From: Azolla caroliniana | Taxonomy: Eukaryota; Plantae; Polypodiophyta | Direction: 5' to 3' | DNA length: 64,000 bases | Assembly: GCA_043228905.1 (NCBI GenBank) | Contig: JBHGNT010000020.1 | Coordinates: 9,672,001 to 9,736,000 of the forward strand | In this document: one piece after another, positions 23,701-34,667 of the stretch | Numbering within the stretch: the first letter of the stretch is position 1 | How the letters are laid out: each line of letters opens with the position of its first letter | The notes under the pieces: generated by a model | What the model saw: only the letters and a program-made list of their open reading frames with translations | Told to the model about the DNA's origin: nothing | Databases searched by the model: none | Made by a program: the position numbers and the translations under genes

Positions 23701-26700
23701 CTTCTTGCCCGAATGACGATTTCTCACTGGAAAGTGTTAGGTGCACATCTTCTAACTTTCGAAGCACTTTCTCACAATCGCGAATATGGTCGACTACGAA
23801 CTGTCGGCATCCGATCATCCGTAGTCTCATCTTTTTCTTCCACTGCGCATCCTCTTATCAGAATGTCATCTAGGAATGGCATTGTTATCTCCGGAATGCA
23901 GTCTCGGAGCACCTTGTTCATTGCATTCATCATATGTGCGACCGAGTTTGTTGCGCCTTGTGGTAGTGTGCACATTCAGACTAATCCTATCGGTGTCCGC
24001 ATGGTAGTGATGTCTCGGCTCTCCACGGCTAGTTGGAATTGTTCATATCCGGAGTATAGGTCTCCGATGGAGTATATCGCGCGACTGGCAAATGCTTCCT
24101 CAAATTCGTCAACTATCGGACTGACTCCGGAGTTTTGGATCGTGACCTTGTTCACCAGTTGCAAATCTTGAATAAATCGGAGTGACCCATTCTTCTTCGG
24201 AACCGTAAACCATCGATTTGAGTACGAAGCGTTTGATGGCTCTAGTATCCCCATCGCCACCTTCTGCTTGAGCAAGTCGATGACTTTCGGAATATACGCC
24301 CGTGGCACTGGAATCGGCTTCAGGTTCCACGACACATGGTCAATCGTGAAGATCACCATCGGCTCCACTATCTTTGGATCAATGCACCCTATCTCCTTCG
24401 ATGTGAATGCAAATGCTTTCCCATGTTGTTCCAACATCCCTCGGAATCGTTCTTCTTCATTTTGTAAAAGGAAACCACCTCCACTGATCCGAAGTTTCTT
24501 CCGGGTCTCATCCGTGAAAGCATGTCCGATATCCATGGACTTCCGAAGTGTCGGATCTCCCGAGACTTCTTTCCTCTTTTGTTTGCTATCGGCGGGTAGT
24601 GGTCCCGCGACCGGTTTCACCTTCTTCTCCACGACCTTGTATTTCATACTTACCATTGCTTCTTCTTTGCGGAGCGCATCCGGACCCATTTTCACAATGA
24701 TCTCATACATCTCGACCGATTCCACCGGGACTACCCGGTCTCCCTGGCTTGTATCTTTCGCGAGCTCTTCAAGCCGTTGTAGCGTGCTCCCATAGAACAT
24801 TTCTTCAACTATTCCCACGATTTCTTCATCTTCTTTTATTATTGATGCCGACCGTAACTTATCCTCCACTTTTCGGTATTCTTTCTTCATTCCTCTGGTT
24901 ACGGTTGTGTACGTAGATGCCCCATCCGGACCGATTCATACTTGTTTTGCTCTGAGAGTTTTCTTCCTGTGTGGGGTATCGGGGCTTCTCGGACTATCAC
25001 TTCCCCACTCCGCAACAGTCCGCTCTAAAAATCCATCCTTGTTTGGGACAAGAGCTCTCTCTTGTTCCTTTCATGATTTGCCGGCACCGTTAGGAATTGG
25101 ACGGATTTCCCTCCGTTTTGGCTCCGAATTCATGCAAAAGCCACACCGCTATCGAGCACCTTCGTCTCCATCCGTGATGCCGTGATAAAGGGTTGACTGA
25201 GGATCACGAAGTGTGAGACCTCGTCTTGTACGAAGAAATTTTGGTCGATCTCGACATCCCCGATCTTCACTGTCACATCCGGACAAGCCGCAAATGGATC
25301 TTCCATTGCTTTAGTGGCCGCCCGGATCTTCCATCCATGATTGGTGTTAATAGGCCACTTCCCCTTCCGGTAGAACTCTTTGGACATCAAATTGATCTCC
25401 GATCCGTGATCAATCAATGCTAGCACGGGCTCTTTGATGTTGCCGATTCGGGACGGAGTCTCCGTAATTGCACGCGCCCAGTGTGGCTTTGTATAGTGGG
25501 AATTTGGAATCTCGTCCTCCACTTTGGTGTCGTTCATCAGAACGGTATTTGCATTCACCATCGGCGCATGTTCCTCTGTAGTTTGTCTTTTTCTTTTTAC
25601 GAGATCCACAAGAAGATCATGGAACTCTTTTTTTGCTATTCCGAGTAGTTCCCGAAGGGAAAAATCTACCCGGCTGTCAAGAATTCTCTCCTCGAACACC
25701 GTTTTCAAGTCCGTTTGTTGTTTGATGCCCGAGGCGAGCTTGAATGCCGGAATCGTTTTTCCTTTCCCTCTTCCGTCGGAGTTCCAGCTCTCCGGTGTCT
25801 TCGATGGTCCAGTTGCATCCTCCGTGCATCACCGCTTTTCGTCCACATACACCTCATGTAATTGACATAGGGCGTATACGCTATTCTTATTGACGGGGCA
25901 CTCCCATCCCGTAGCTTCCCGGATGCCTTCCGCGGTGCTTCGGATATCGTTAGAGTCGGTTTTCTCGGTGTTTTCTAGCACTTCCGACCAAAAAGACACC
26001 TTTGCTCCCGATGACTCCCCGACACGTATTCCCGCGGTTGTTGCGTAATTGCTCTTCGCCGCTATTTCCTCTTCTAGGACCTTCTTCATGCCGCGTTTTC
26101 GGAAGTTCGGTCGGAGTGGCTTCTGAGAGTCCATCGAATGAATCCGATTTCCCTCGTAGTAGATAAGATCCCGTCGTAGCGCTTCCTTGTGCTCGTTGCA
26201 ATCCCTCCGATCATGTTCGGTGCTATCGCACCATATGCACCGACGGTCCATATACTTGGAACTTGTGGGACGGTCATCTGACTTCTTCACCATCGTGATT
26301 TTTAGATTCTCCATCTCCTTCAGCAACTACTCCATCGTAGTTGCGTCGATTCCCTTCTCGGTCGTAGCTTCCGATCCGGATCTCGGTTTCAGAATCGGTT
26401 TCGAAACCCTCTTTTCTTCGTTGGCAAGCCATTGCCCCCTCTTTGTGTATCACGCGACGATATCCCGCACGCTTTCCCATGTTTCGGTGAGGCCACTCTC
26501 GGTAGTCGTGTCCCCTAGAAGCACTCCAAGATCCTTCCGGTCCCGGACGTCTACGGCTCGTAAGAACATGATAACTTTGTCCGGTGCGAGGATAGCTTGA
26601 TCTCTCGCAGACAACCTCCCGAACCGACTTTCGAATGCCGAAAACACATCGAGGACCTTCATCCCCTTGTCCGGCATTTCTACCCAATCCTCGAATCCTC

Positions 26701-27809
26701 TCCAAGTTGCCTTGGAGGAGTCCTCGATAGCGAACGTGGTCTTTAGCACCTCTTCAAATGCTTCCCACGTCGGATTTTGGTGTCGTAGCCCGTGGATACT
26801 TGCTTGAAGCCCATCGGTAGCTACCTAGTTGAAGGATGTCACTTGCAGTCCTTCCGAAATCCTGCATCGTATCATTTCCGCCTTGTAGTCCCGAAGATAG
26901 CGTGATACGTCCTTCCCGTTGAATTGCCCGATCCGTTGCACGAGCCGCTCTACTGTCGCCGCTATCTCCGACATCGCACGTTGTTCTTGAAGCATCCGCT
27001 TGAACATCATCATCATGTTGTTAGCCTCCGATTGATTTTCCATCTCCTTGCCACCCGTGTTCACGTCGGGTTCACCACTTGTGTCGTGCCTTTCGGCTCC
27101 GGATCGTTGCGTGAGTCGGGTGGGAATCACTGAGGTTTTGGACTAGGAGAAAAGAAAATTCTAAGGCAATGAAGAATATGGAATATGTTGTAAGAAAGAA
27201 AGATATGAAAAACTCGTGAATCCCACGAGTATAGTGTATTAGTGAGTACTCAGATTAAGAGAGAAAAATAGTTAGCAAATTCGTGAATCCCACTATTATA
27301 TTATATTAATCCACCCTTGTAAAATAAGCAACAACCCCCATACATCATTCTCTCCTCCTTATATAAGGATGGAAGAGGCTAAGCATAGCTTCATGTTTTT
27401 TTCTAAAGAGTTCATGCACACTAAATGTGCATGAGTTGCCTTTTTACACTATGCTTTTATTTCCTTAACATAGTGCTCATGCTTGCTAGATGTGCACGAG
27501 TCATTTTTTATTGTTGTACATTTTTCTTATAAATAAAGTATTCACGTATTCTAAAAAAAGCATGACTTTCCTTTTAATAAAGGTAGGCGTAAATAAAGGT
27601 CTTATACGTATTAAATCCATATTTAGAACACTTAGGATAAGTTAGTACAATGGTAAGGTTGGGGTTTGTCTACGTGGAGGTACAGGGTTTGAATCTTGCT
27701 CTATGCACGTAATAAATATTTTTAATATTTTATTTTATTTATTATACGTACTTTAAATCGGATATAGTATTTTACATATTTCACGTAGTGTGTGATTCAC
27801 ACTATGATA
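20738..27809 (-). mobile_element. Element C: full-length degenerate Ty3/Gypsy LTR retrotransposon, tRNA-Trp primed
   Basis: LTRs 20738-21441 and 27082-27809; TSD GCGT; PBS reverse complement ttcacgtcgggttcacca (27060-27077); PPT reverse complement ctcgccccct; order gag-PR-RT-RH-IN. Confidence 0.95.
21498..27043 (-). pseudogene. Element C gag-PR and pol remnants
   Basis: CIWCDSTEHDRRDC knuckle, LIDHGSEIN, LPQG..FLDD, RNase H VDTS, integrase HHCC/DDE; numerous stops. Confidence 0.92.
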
Positions 27810-27813
27810 GCGT

Positions 27814-29202
27814 AACTTGTCATCAACCGGTTTGGGGCCCTTCTTGGCCGGTTCGGACATCGTTCCCGAAGATCTGCCTTCATCCTTCTCGGAGTCGGAT
27901 TCGCTTTCATCCAACTCAACGTTGCCGGTTTCGTATTCCGGCATCTTCTGCTTCCCTTTCTCTTTGCGCGTGAACTGTCTCCTCGGTTTCTTGCGCGGGG
28001 AGAGCACGACAGAGTCTCCACTACTCACCGGTTCCTCATCCGACTGGTCACTTTGACCCAGTCGCTCGTTCGGTTCGCTCAACTGAAACGATTCTGGACT
28101 CTCTTCTAAGTCTCAAGCTATTCATCGTCTTCCTGGACCTCCTCGGGCTCACTAGCCTCATCTTATGGAATCGGGTCTTCGTTGGGAGTTGGAGTCGGTA
28201 GGGAGTACCACGAAGCCGTCTCGTCGAACTCAACATCTCAACTTACTCGGACTTGCTTGGTCCGGGGGTTATAGCACTTATACCCCTTTTGCTCATGCGA
28301 ATAACCGACTAGGATGCACTTCTCCAACTTCGGATCGAGCTTCTTCCGCTTCTCATTTGGAACATGCACATATGCTATGCTACCGAATATTCGTAGGTGC
28401 CTCTACTTCGGTTTCCGCCCGAAATACAGCTCATGTGCTGACACCTTGTTACCGATCCGGTTTTGGATGTAGACGGCCATCTGGACCGCCTCAACCTAGT
28501 AGAAATGGGGCATGCTCTTTTCCTCCAACATTGCCCTTGCCGCGTCGACAATCGACCGGTTCTTCCTTTCGGCCACACCGTTTTGCTCCGGTGTGTATCT
28601 ACAGCTGAATTCTCTCTGAATTCCGTTTTGTTGCAGATAACTGTTGAATTGGCCGGATAAGTATTCTTTTCCACCATCCGACCGCAAGCACTTGATCTTC
28701 CTCTCCGTTTCCCGTTCAACTAAGCTTTGCAAGTTCCGGAAACATTCGAAGACTTCGCTCTTCCTCTCAATGAGGTAGATCCATGCGTGTCGACTGTAGT
28801 CGTCGATGAAGGAGACGAAATACCGACTCCAGCCAAGACTAATGTTCTGTGCCAGTTCCCATACATCTGAATGGATTAGATCGAGCTTGTTACGTCTCTG
28901 GTTTCGTTCGGTGGGGGATGGAAGCCGGTGGTGCTTCTCGAGTTGGCAGGCTTCACAAATTTGGGCCTTCCGGCCGCTAAATTTCGGCAAACCGAAAACA
29001 ACTTGTTTCGATAGCAAGTCTTGAAGCCTCCAATAATTGACGTGGCCGATCCGCTTATGTCAGAGATCGATATCTGATTCAATCTTCTGTCCTTTGGCAA
29101 ACATGGCAGTGCTGACGCCATTAGTGTTGAGGATGAATATCCTCCTGTCTCTGCGCCCTTGCGCAATTATCCGGCCTTCTTCCTCGATGAAACACCTGAG
29201 GT
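27814..29202 (-). pseudogene. Element B integrase remnant
   Basis: LIHSDVW, YFVSFIDDYSR, LRSDGGKEY, YTPEQNGVAERKNR; stops and frameshifts. Confidence 0.9.
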
Positions 29203-29868
29203 GCGTATGTTGAAAAACAGTGCTCGGCCACAACCGAGGAATAGGATCAACTCACAGAAAACGGGAAATACAAAGTGCACGAGGACAATAGAGAGGAAGG
29301 TACACTGGATGTTTTACGTGGAAAACCCTAAATGGGAAAAACCACGGGAGTCCTCAAACTCCAACTATCACTATGAACAGGGATGTACACTGGTGAAGCT
29401 ACAAGGCAACAACCTTGAGCTCACTGTCTTCGCCACAGGCGGCGGTAATACACAGAGGCAACGACCTCTTCGTCTCTCTCTCTCTCTTTCTCTCTCGGCT
29501 ACTCTCACTTCGCATAAAAATGAGCAACAACATAAACTGTTTGCCCTAAGTCATATTTATACACATATGACTTTCGGGCTATTTACAAATATAGCCTCAA
29601 GGGCTCTTAGCAAACATATTCACAAACATGTCCCCGCATCCGGATCTCTCTCCGGGTACATTCGTCATCCGGCTCCGTAACCGGGGTCTTCAGCATCCGG
29701 CTCCGTAACCGGGGTCTTCATCATCTGGATCCGTAACCGGGGTCTTCATCATCCGGATCCGTATCCGGGTACTCTTCATCATCCGGTTCCGTAACCGCAA
29801 CCGGGCTTGCCGTCATTCATCTCCGGACATCCCATCCGGAGGGACCGAAATCCCAACAAACTCCCCCT

Positions 29869-32800
29869 TCACTTCGGCATGGGATGTCTTTCCAGTCCGA
29901 CCCTCTTTCGGCACGCTTCCAGCTTGTCGGGTGTGAGCACTTTGGTCAGCATATCTGACCCGTTCTCGTCCGTGTGGATCTTCGTCAGCACGAACTCCTG
30001 GTCTTCTATCCTTTCCCGGATCCAGTGATATCTTCGCTGGATGTGCTTCGTCCGGGAGTGATAGGCCGCGTTCTTCGCAAGGTGGATGGCACTCTGACTG
30101 TCGCAGTAGAGTCGGTACTCCTTTTGCCGGATACCGAGCTCTCTAATGAAGTCCTTCATCCATATTATTTCCTTGCCGGCTTCAACAGCCGCCATGTACT
30201 CCGCCTCCGTGGTTGACAACGCAACCGTCTTCTGTAGCCTCGACTGCCACGAGACAGCTCCCCCTGCATACGTCATCACATACCCTGATGTGGACCGGCT
30301 GGTATCTGCATCAGCCGACATATCCGAATCGGTAAAGCCGTCGAGTTCGGGCTTACCGGAGCCGAATCGGAGGCACACGTTTGCCGTGCCCTTCAGGTAT
30401 CGGAGTATCCACTTGGCCGCGTTCCAGTGCTCTTTGCCGGGATTGCTCATGTACCGGCTCACCACTCCGACTGCATATCCAATGTCCGTTCTTGTACACA
30501 CCATTGCGTACATCAAGCTTCCGACGGCAGAGGCATATGGTACTTTCATCATATCCTCCTTCTCAGCCTTTGTCTTGGGGCTTTGCTTGCTGGACAATTT
30601 GCAGTTTGCCGGGAGAGTTGACCCGACCGGTCTTGCTTCCGACATGTTGAACCGGTGAAGCACCTTTGTCACGTACTTCTCCTGTGACAACCACAATTGC
30701 TTCTTCTTCCGGTCCCGGATGATGTGCATCCCTAGTATTTGCCTCACCGGACCCAGGTCCTTCATTGAGAAGGTTCGGTGAAGAGCCTTCTTCAGCATCC
30801 GTATCTTGACTTGGTCCCGTCCGACGATCAACATGTCGTCCACGTATAAGAGGAGTATTAGAAAGTCTCCTCCTTCGAACTTCTTCACAAACACGCAGTG
30901 ATCGGACTGCGTTTTGTGGTACCCTTCGTCGGTCATGAAAGAGTCGAACTTCCGGTACCATTGCCGGGGAGCCTGCTTCAGTCCGTAAAGGCTCTTCTTC
31001 AACCGGCATACCAGGTGCTCCTTCCCTTTCTTCTCGAATCCTTCCGGTTGTTGCATGTAGATCTCTTCTTCGAGGTCACCGTGAAGGAATGTCGTCTTCA
31101 CGTCCATCTGTTCTACCTCGAGGTCCATGCTTGCCGCTATGCTCAGCACCGTCCGGATGGAGGTCATCTTCACTACCGGGGCAAATATCTCGTCGAAGTC
31201 GACGCCCTTCTTCTGCTGAAACCCCTTCACCACGATCCTGGCTTTGTATCTCGGGGGGTTTCCGGCATCTCCGGGTTTCAGCTTGAACACCCACTTGTTT
31301 CGAAGTGCCCGCTTTCCTTTCGGCAACTCCACAAGTTCATATGTGTGGTTCTCATGCAGGGAATCCATCTCCTCCTGCATGGCACTTAACCACCTGCGGC
31401 TATGGGTGTCAAGCTTTGCTTCTTCAAAGCTCTCCGGCTCCCCCTCGTCGGTTAGCAGCACGTGCTCTGGTTCCGGAAATCTCCGGGGGGCCCTTCTCTC
31501 TCTTAGAGGATATCTCCGTTCCGGAGCTTCGGTAACCGGTTCTTCCGATTCTTCTTCATCCGAATCCATTTCGGGATCGGGGCCGGTTCCGGTATCATTT
31601 TCATCTTCTTCGGCCGGTTCTGTTTCTTCACCGTCTTCGGCCGGATCTTCGAGTGTTAACCGGTCCCTTGCCGGTCGGGACTGCTCCTCGTAGAGTTTAT
31701 CCTCACCGGTCGACTTGGAGCTCTTCATCTTCTTCTCCGACTCCCAGTCGGCGAGTGTCTTGTCCTCCATGAAGATGATGTCTCGACTCCTGAATATCTT
31801 CTTGTCAACCGGGTCCCATACTCGGTAGCCGAACTCATCGTCGCCGTAACCGAGGAATATGCATGGGCGGGTCTTTGGATCTAGCTTTCCTCTCCGGTCC
31901 TTTGCCACATGCACGTATGCGAGACACCCGAACACCTTCAGATGCCGGTAGGATACTTCCCTACCGGTCCACACTCTCTGCGGCGTGTCCCCGTCCAAAG
32001 GTACTGAGGGTGATCTGTTTATCACGTATGTCGCCGTCGACATTGCCTCAGCCCAAAATCCCTTGGGTAATTTCGCATGTGCTAGCATACTCCGGACCCT
32101 CTCCATTATGGTCCGGTTCATCCTCTCGGCCAGCCCGTTCAGTTCCGGCGTCTTCGGCACAGTAAACTCGAGCCGGATTCCCTTCGAGCGACAGTACTCT
32201 GCGAACTGCCCCCGGTATTCCCCTCCGTTATCCGCTCGTATCGCTTTCAGCTTCTTGCCGGATTCTCTTTCCACTCTCGCGTGGAGTTCTTTGAAGACGG
32301 ACAATACTTGGTCCTTTGTCTTCAACGGTGCCGTCCACAGCTTCCGACTATGGTCATCTATGAATGTTACGAAGTACTGGGCTCCGCCATGTGACTTCGT
32401 TTCTACCTGACACACATCAGTGTGCACCAACTCCAATAGTACACTACGTCTCGTCGGTGGCCTTGAGCGGAAGGAGGTCCGGTTTTGCTTACCGGCCAGA
32501 CAGTCGGTACACTTCTCCAGGTGCACATGCTTCACTGGAATAAGGTTGTCTTCGGCAAGCCTCTTCATCCCCTTCTCACTCATGTGGCACAGTCTCTTGT
32601 GCCACAGCTCACCGGCAGTGTCGGCTGCCACGTTTAGCTCCTCCGGATATAGCCGGGAATTCATCAGGTACAGAGTGTTGACCTTCCGGGCCCGAGCCAC
32701 TATCAGGCTCCCTTTGCTGAACTTCATGACACCGTTCTGGATGCTGCCCGTGTAGCCTTCATCGTCTAGCCTCCCGGCCGAAATCAGGTTCAATCGGACC

Positions 32801-33204
32801 TCCGGAACGTGTCGTACATCCTTCAGCAGCATCTTGCAACCGGTTGATGTCATCAGCCACACGTCTCCTATGCCGGCAATCCGACATGTGCCTTCATTTC
32901 CCATCCGGACACAGCCGTGCTCACCGGCTGTGTAGGATGAGAAGTATTTCTTCTCCGGGGTCAGGTGGAACGACGCTCCGGAATCGACCACCCAGGTCAT
33001 CTCTTCACCGGCAAGGTTCAGCTCCCTCTCTTCGGTAATGAGCATTATCTCTTCTTCACTTGCCGCGAGTGCCGTCGTTCCTTTCCGGTCCTGCCCTCGC
33101 CGATCCGGACCTCTCCGGACCTCTCCGGTCCGTGGCTCCCCGGTATGCACCGTTTCTCTCCGGTGACTTCTTCGAATCGGTGTCGTCGGCTCCGTTGTCC
33201 TTTC
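29869..33204 (-). CDS. A2 pol (protease-integrase-RT-RNase H), open frame but cut off from gag
   Basis: Uninterrupted ORF of over 1000 aa with DSGAS, integrase DDE, YVDD and RNase H motifs. Confidence 0.9.
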   Translation of the reverse strand, partial: ERTTEPTTPIRRSHRRETVHTGEPRTGEVRRGPDRRGQDRKGTTALAASEEEIMLITEERELNLAGEEMTWVVDSGASFHLTPEKKYFSSYTAGEHGCVRMGNEGTCRIAGIGDVWLMTSTGCKMLLKDVRHVPEVRLNLISAGRLDDEGYTGSIQNGVMKFSKGSLIVARARKVNTLYLMNSRLYPEELNVAADTAGELWHKRLCHMSEKGMKRLAEDNLIPVKHVHLEKCTDCLAGKQNRTSFRSRPPTRRSVLLELVHTDVCQVETKSHGGAQYFVTFIDDHSRKLWTAPLKTKDQVLSVFKELHARVERESGKKLKAIRADNGGEYRGQFAEYCRSKGIRLEFTVPKTPELNGLAERMNRTIMERVRSMLAHAKLPKGFWAEAMSTATYVINRSPSVPLDGDTPQRVWTGREVSYRHLKVFGCLAYVHVAKDRRGKLDPKTRPCIFLGYGDDEFGYRVWDPVDKKIFRSRDIIFMEDKTLADWESEKKMKSSKSTGEDKLYEEQSRPARDRLTLEDPAEDGEETEPAEEDENDTGTGPDPEMDSDEEESEEPVTEAPERRYPLRERRAPRRFPEPEHVLLTDEGEPESFEEAKLDTHSRRWLSAMQEEMDSLHENHTYELVELPKGKRALRNKWVFKLKPGDAGNPPRYKARIVVKGFQQKKGVDFDEIFAPVVKMTSIRTVLSIAASMDLEVEQMDVKTTFLHGDLEEEIYMQQPEGFEKKGKEHLVCRLKKSLYGLKQAPRQWYRKFDSFMTDEGYHKTQSDHCVFVKKFEGGDFLILLLYVDDMLIVGRDQVKIRMLKKALHRTFSMKDLGPVRQILGMHIIRDRKKKQLWLSQEKYVTKVLHRFNMSEARPVGSTLPANCKLSSKQSPKTKAEKEDMMKVPYASAVGSLMYAMVCTRTDIGYAVGVVSRYMSNPGKEHWNAAKWILRYLKGTANVCLRFGSGKPELDGFTDSDMSADADTSRSTSGYVMTYAGGAVSWQSRLQKTVALSTTEAEYMAAVEAGKEIIWMKDFIRELGIRQKEYRLYCDSQSAIHLAKNAAYHSRTKHIQRRYHWIRERIEDQEFVLTKIHTDENGSDMLTKVLTPDKLEACRKRVGLERHPMPK

Positions 33205-34400
33205 TATTGGGATTACGGTCCCTTTCGGATGGGATGGTCGGATATCGGAGATGAATGCCGACAAGCCCGGTTTCGGTTTCGGAACCGGATGATGAAGACC
33301 CCGGCTTCGGAGCCGGATGACGAATGTACCCGGAGCGAGATCCGGATGCGGGGACATATCTGTGAATATGTTTGCCAAGGGCCCTTGAGGCTATAGTTGT
33401 AAATAGCCCCAAAGTCATATGCGTATAAATATGACTTAGGGCAAACAGTTTTGTTGTTGCTTCTCATTTTTCTGTTTTTCCACTCAAGAGGAGTGAAGAG
33501 AGAGAGCAGCCGTGAGAGAGAGATAGAGCGTGAGAGACGAGGAGGTCGAAGCCTCTGTGTATTTCCGCCGCCTGTGGCGAGGACAGCGAGGTCAAGGTCG
33601 TCGCCTTGCAGCTCGCCATTGTATACTTATCTGTGCATAGTGTTTGGTTTGGAGTCTTGTGCTCCCGTGGTTTTTCCCGTCTAGGGTTTTCCACGTTAAT
33701 CCCTGTGTATTCGTGTTCTTTCTCTGTGGTTCCTATTTTCTGCTGCATCGATTCGCGCTTACTCGGTTGTGGCCGAGGGAAGAAGGGTAATCGGAGCGTC
33801 GATTTCTCTACAATCTGGTATCAGAGCGACTGCTGCAGAAAATGGAAGGCGGCGGCAGCGGGCAGCCGGGGATGATGGTGCTGAATGCGCAGAATTACGC
33901 CGACTGGAAGATCAAGATGGAGGATCTTCTGATTGTTCGGGACCTATACGAACCGATTGACAGGTCGGAAATACCGAAGGGGGTACTTGAGTCGGAATGG
34001 AGGCTTCTGAACCGGAAAGCCGTTGCAACCATTCGGCAATATGTAGACGTGAGCGTTCTACAACATGTGGCGAACGACACCAACGCATATGAGATGTGGC
34101 GGAAGCTGTCGGGCCTCTACGAGAGGAAGAATGCGTTGAACCGGACCTCCCTGATGAGGAAGATAGTGAACCTCAAGTACCGGGACGGCGAGAGTATGGT
34201 GGAACACGTAAGCACGTTCATGGGATTCGTGAACCAGCTTGCGGCGATCAAGTTCCCGTTGGAGGATGCAAGGCAAGCCATCATCCTGATGTGTACATTG
34301 CCGATCTCAGCACCTCCTGCACCGAAGATAACTTGTCCCTACAAACGGTAAAGACAAGTATTTTGAACGAAGAAGCGCGTCGGAGAGATAAAGAACCGGC

Positions 34401-34500
34401 NNNNNNNNNNNNNNNNNNNNNNNNNNNNNNNNNNNNNNNNNNNNNNNNNNNNNNNNNNNNNNNNNNNNNNNNNNNNNNNNNNNNNNNNNNNNNNNNNNNN
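34401..34500. other. Assembly gap (100 N) with unmerged overlapping contig ends
   Basis: 33676-34400 is repeated from 34502 onward. Confidence 0.9.
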
Positions 34501-34667
34501 ACCCGTCTAGGGTTTTCCACGTTAATCCCTGTGTATTCGTGTTCTTTCTCTGTGGTTCCTATTTTCTGCTGCATCGATTCGCGCTTACTCGGTTGTGGCC
34601 GAGGGAAGAAGGGTAATCGGAGCGTCGATTTCTCTACAATCTGGTATCAGAGCGACTGCTGCAGAAA

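Noticed and set aside
33205-33378. Novel N-terminus of the 1169-aa ORF
   Set aside because: It is the antisense A3 LTR fortuitously in frame with A2 pol
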